Shown here piece by piece: positions 62,601 through 64,000 of a DNA stretch of 64,000 bases. Numbering within the stretch: the stretch's first letter is position 1; each line of letters opens with the position of its first letter. The stretch comes from Convolutriloba macropyga (Eukaryota), in the NCBI RefSeq assembly GCF_964194025.1, contig NC_134480.1:33418001-33482000 (forward strand), read 5' to 3'. The notes under the pieces were generated by a model. It worked only from the letters and a program-made list of their open reading frames with translations, did not search any database and had not been told where the DNA came from. A program made the position numbers and the translations under genes.

Positions 62601-64000
62601 TCAAGTTTAAAACCCCGGGATTGCTTTTTAATCTTTTCATTTCCCCGCCTTTTCGCGATGGTTTTATCACAAAACCTGACCTTCTTATTCCCCCTCCCCA
62701 CTACCCCTTCCCACCCTCAGTTCTCCTATAGCAAACGTCGCGGTCTCCATGGACTGAACAAAATTACCCCGTGCACCCCAATCTCCCAAAAAGACCTGTC
62801 CATTTTCAGCAGGGACCAAGTCCGTTTTAAATCTTTTAAATGACTGGAGGGCAAATTTAAATACATTTTAAGACGAGTAATTTTCGGGCTAGCATTACTA
62901 AAAAATTGGGCAAAATATTGGGACAAATATTCCTTTTAAAAAGTAAGCGGGTAGAGCAGGGTGCTGGTTTTAAGTACAAAAATATTGTAGTAGTAGTTAA
63001 TAAATGGGTGAGTTATTTTTGTGGAACTCTTTATCGATTGGTTAATACTTTTTACCCGTGGAAGATCAAAGTCTAAATAGTCTATTTTGTTGTCACAAAT
63101 CTAAGAACAGATTTTCCCCCGGTTAGGCTAATTTTATATGGGCAAATTCTTTAATCACCAAAGGTTATTGGAACCCTAATTCAACATCGAGTTATTCATT
63201 TGAACAGCAGAAGTTAATGACTGGAATTTGGCTGAATATTATTACAAAAGTAGTACCTTGGTAATTTTAATTACTTCATTCGAAAATTTAACTGTTATGT
63301 TAATTTAACTTCATCAACGTATTCAGTAAAATTGTAGTGTATGTAGAAGTTGGTAAGATCAATTTATTCACACAGTATCAATATCTTGGCTGACATGGCA
63401 TTAAATTATAATTCCCCGGGTAATCTTTGATTTTTTTTTATTTTAAACAGTTTAATTGGAAAATTTTCAGTAATTTATGTTTTCCCAATGAGTTCTTAGG
63501 TTGTGTTTTCACTTTTTGTCACCTTGAGTTGGTATAAATAAAAATGTTTTTATTTAGTGACTAGAAATACTTTAACACCACTGGTAAGCCAGTACCTTTA
63601 AATCTCAGTAACTTGCTTAATTATGAACTTAAGTTTGGCAGCCTAGTGAAAAACATTTAATTAATCGATTACTTAAGTTGATTTCACAATAGGAGAACCT
63701 AGTGTCTGGTAAGCCACAACGTCTAAATATATCAATCGCTTACCTGATCGTTTTTTGGTTCTAAGTTGCTATCCGCCTTGTAGTTATTGGACTAAAAGCA
63801 AAAAGTGGGCGAATAAATTATGTCACCTATTTGATACAAAACTTGTAATCCCCAGAACACGACATCTGACACAGAATTAAAAATACAACGATTTTAAAAA
63901 AAAATAGAGCCATTATTTGAGGTCAAAGTCAATTCGCTGCAAAGATATTGAACTGTTTTCTTACTATGAAATTATACTCTACAAACACATTGTTTAAAAT

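Noticed and set aside
57000-64000. Short ORFs and possible small exons
   Set aside because: No recognisable domain or consistent splice chain; small host exons cannot be excluded without RNA data.

Overview
AT-rich, repeat-rich metazoan (invertebrate-like) genomic DNA; species not determined. From left to right: a decayed minus-strand Ty3/Gypsy retrotransposon (1-~2370); old non-coding repeats; an intronless secreted isthmin-like AMOP gene (11576-12289); a candidate ~24.4 kb giant CMC-EnSpm/CACTA-type DNA transposon (15334-39737); a complete but decayed BEL/Pao element with a 5-bp TSD (42251-49943), most of which is tandemly re-duplicated together with host flank (50204-56936); and gene-poor DNA to the end. 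The giant element has imperfect CCCGGG-initiated TIRs and a 2-bp AG TSD. Its transposase carries an N-terminal Suv4-20/KMT5-like SET domain in the same reading frame. It also carries an SGNH hydrolase, two paralogous spliced BEN-like genes, a small coiled-coil protein with a SUMO-interacting motif, and arrays of one shared GAGGGYGTGTTGCYTT-like motif upstream of four of its genes. This suggests a transposon with its own chromatin-control module. Domain calls come from reading motifs by eye, with no database searches, and the element spans three N-runs.
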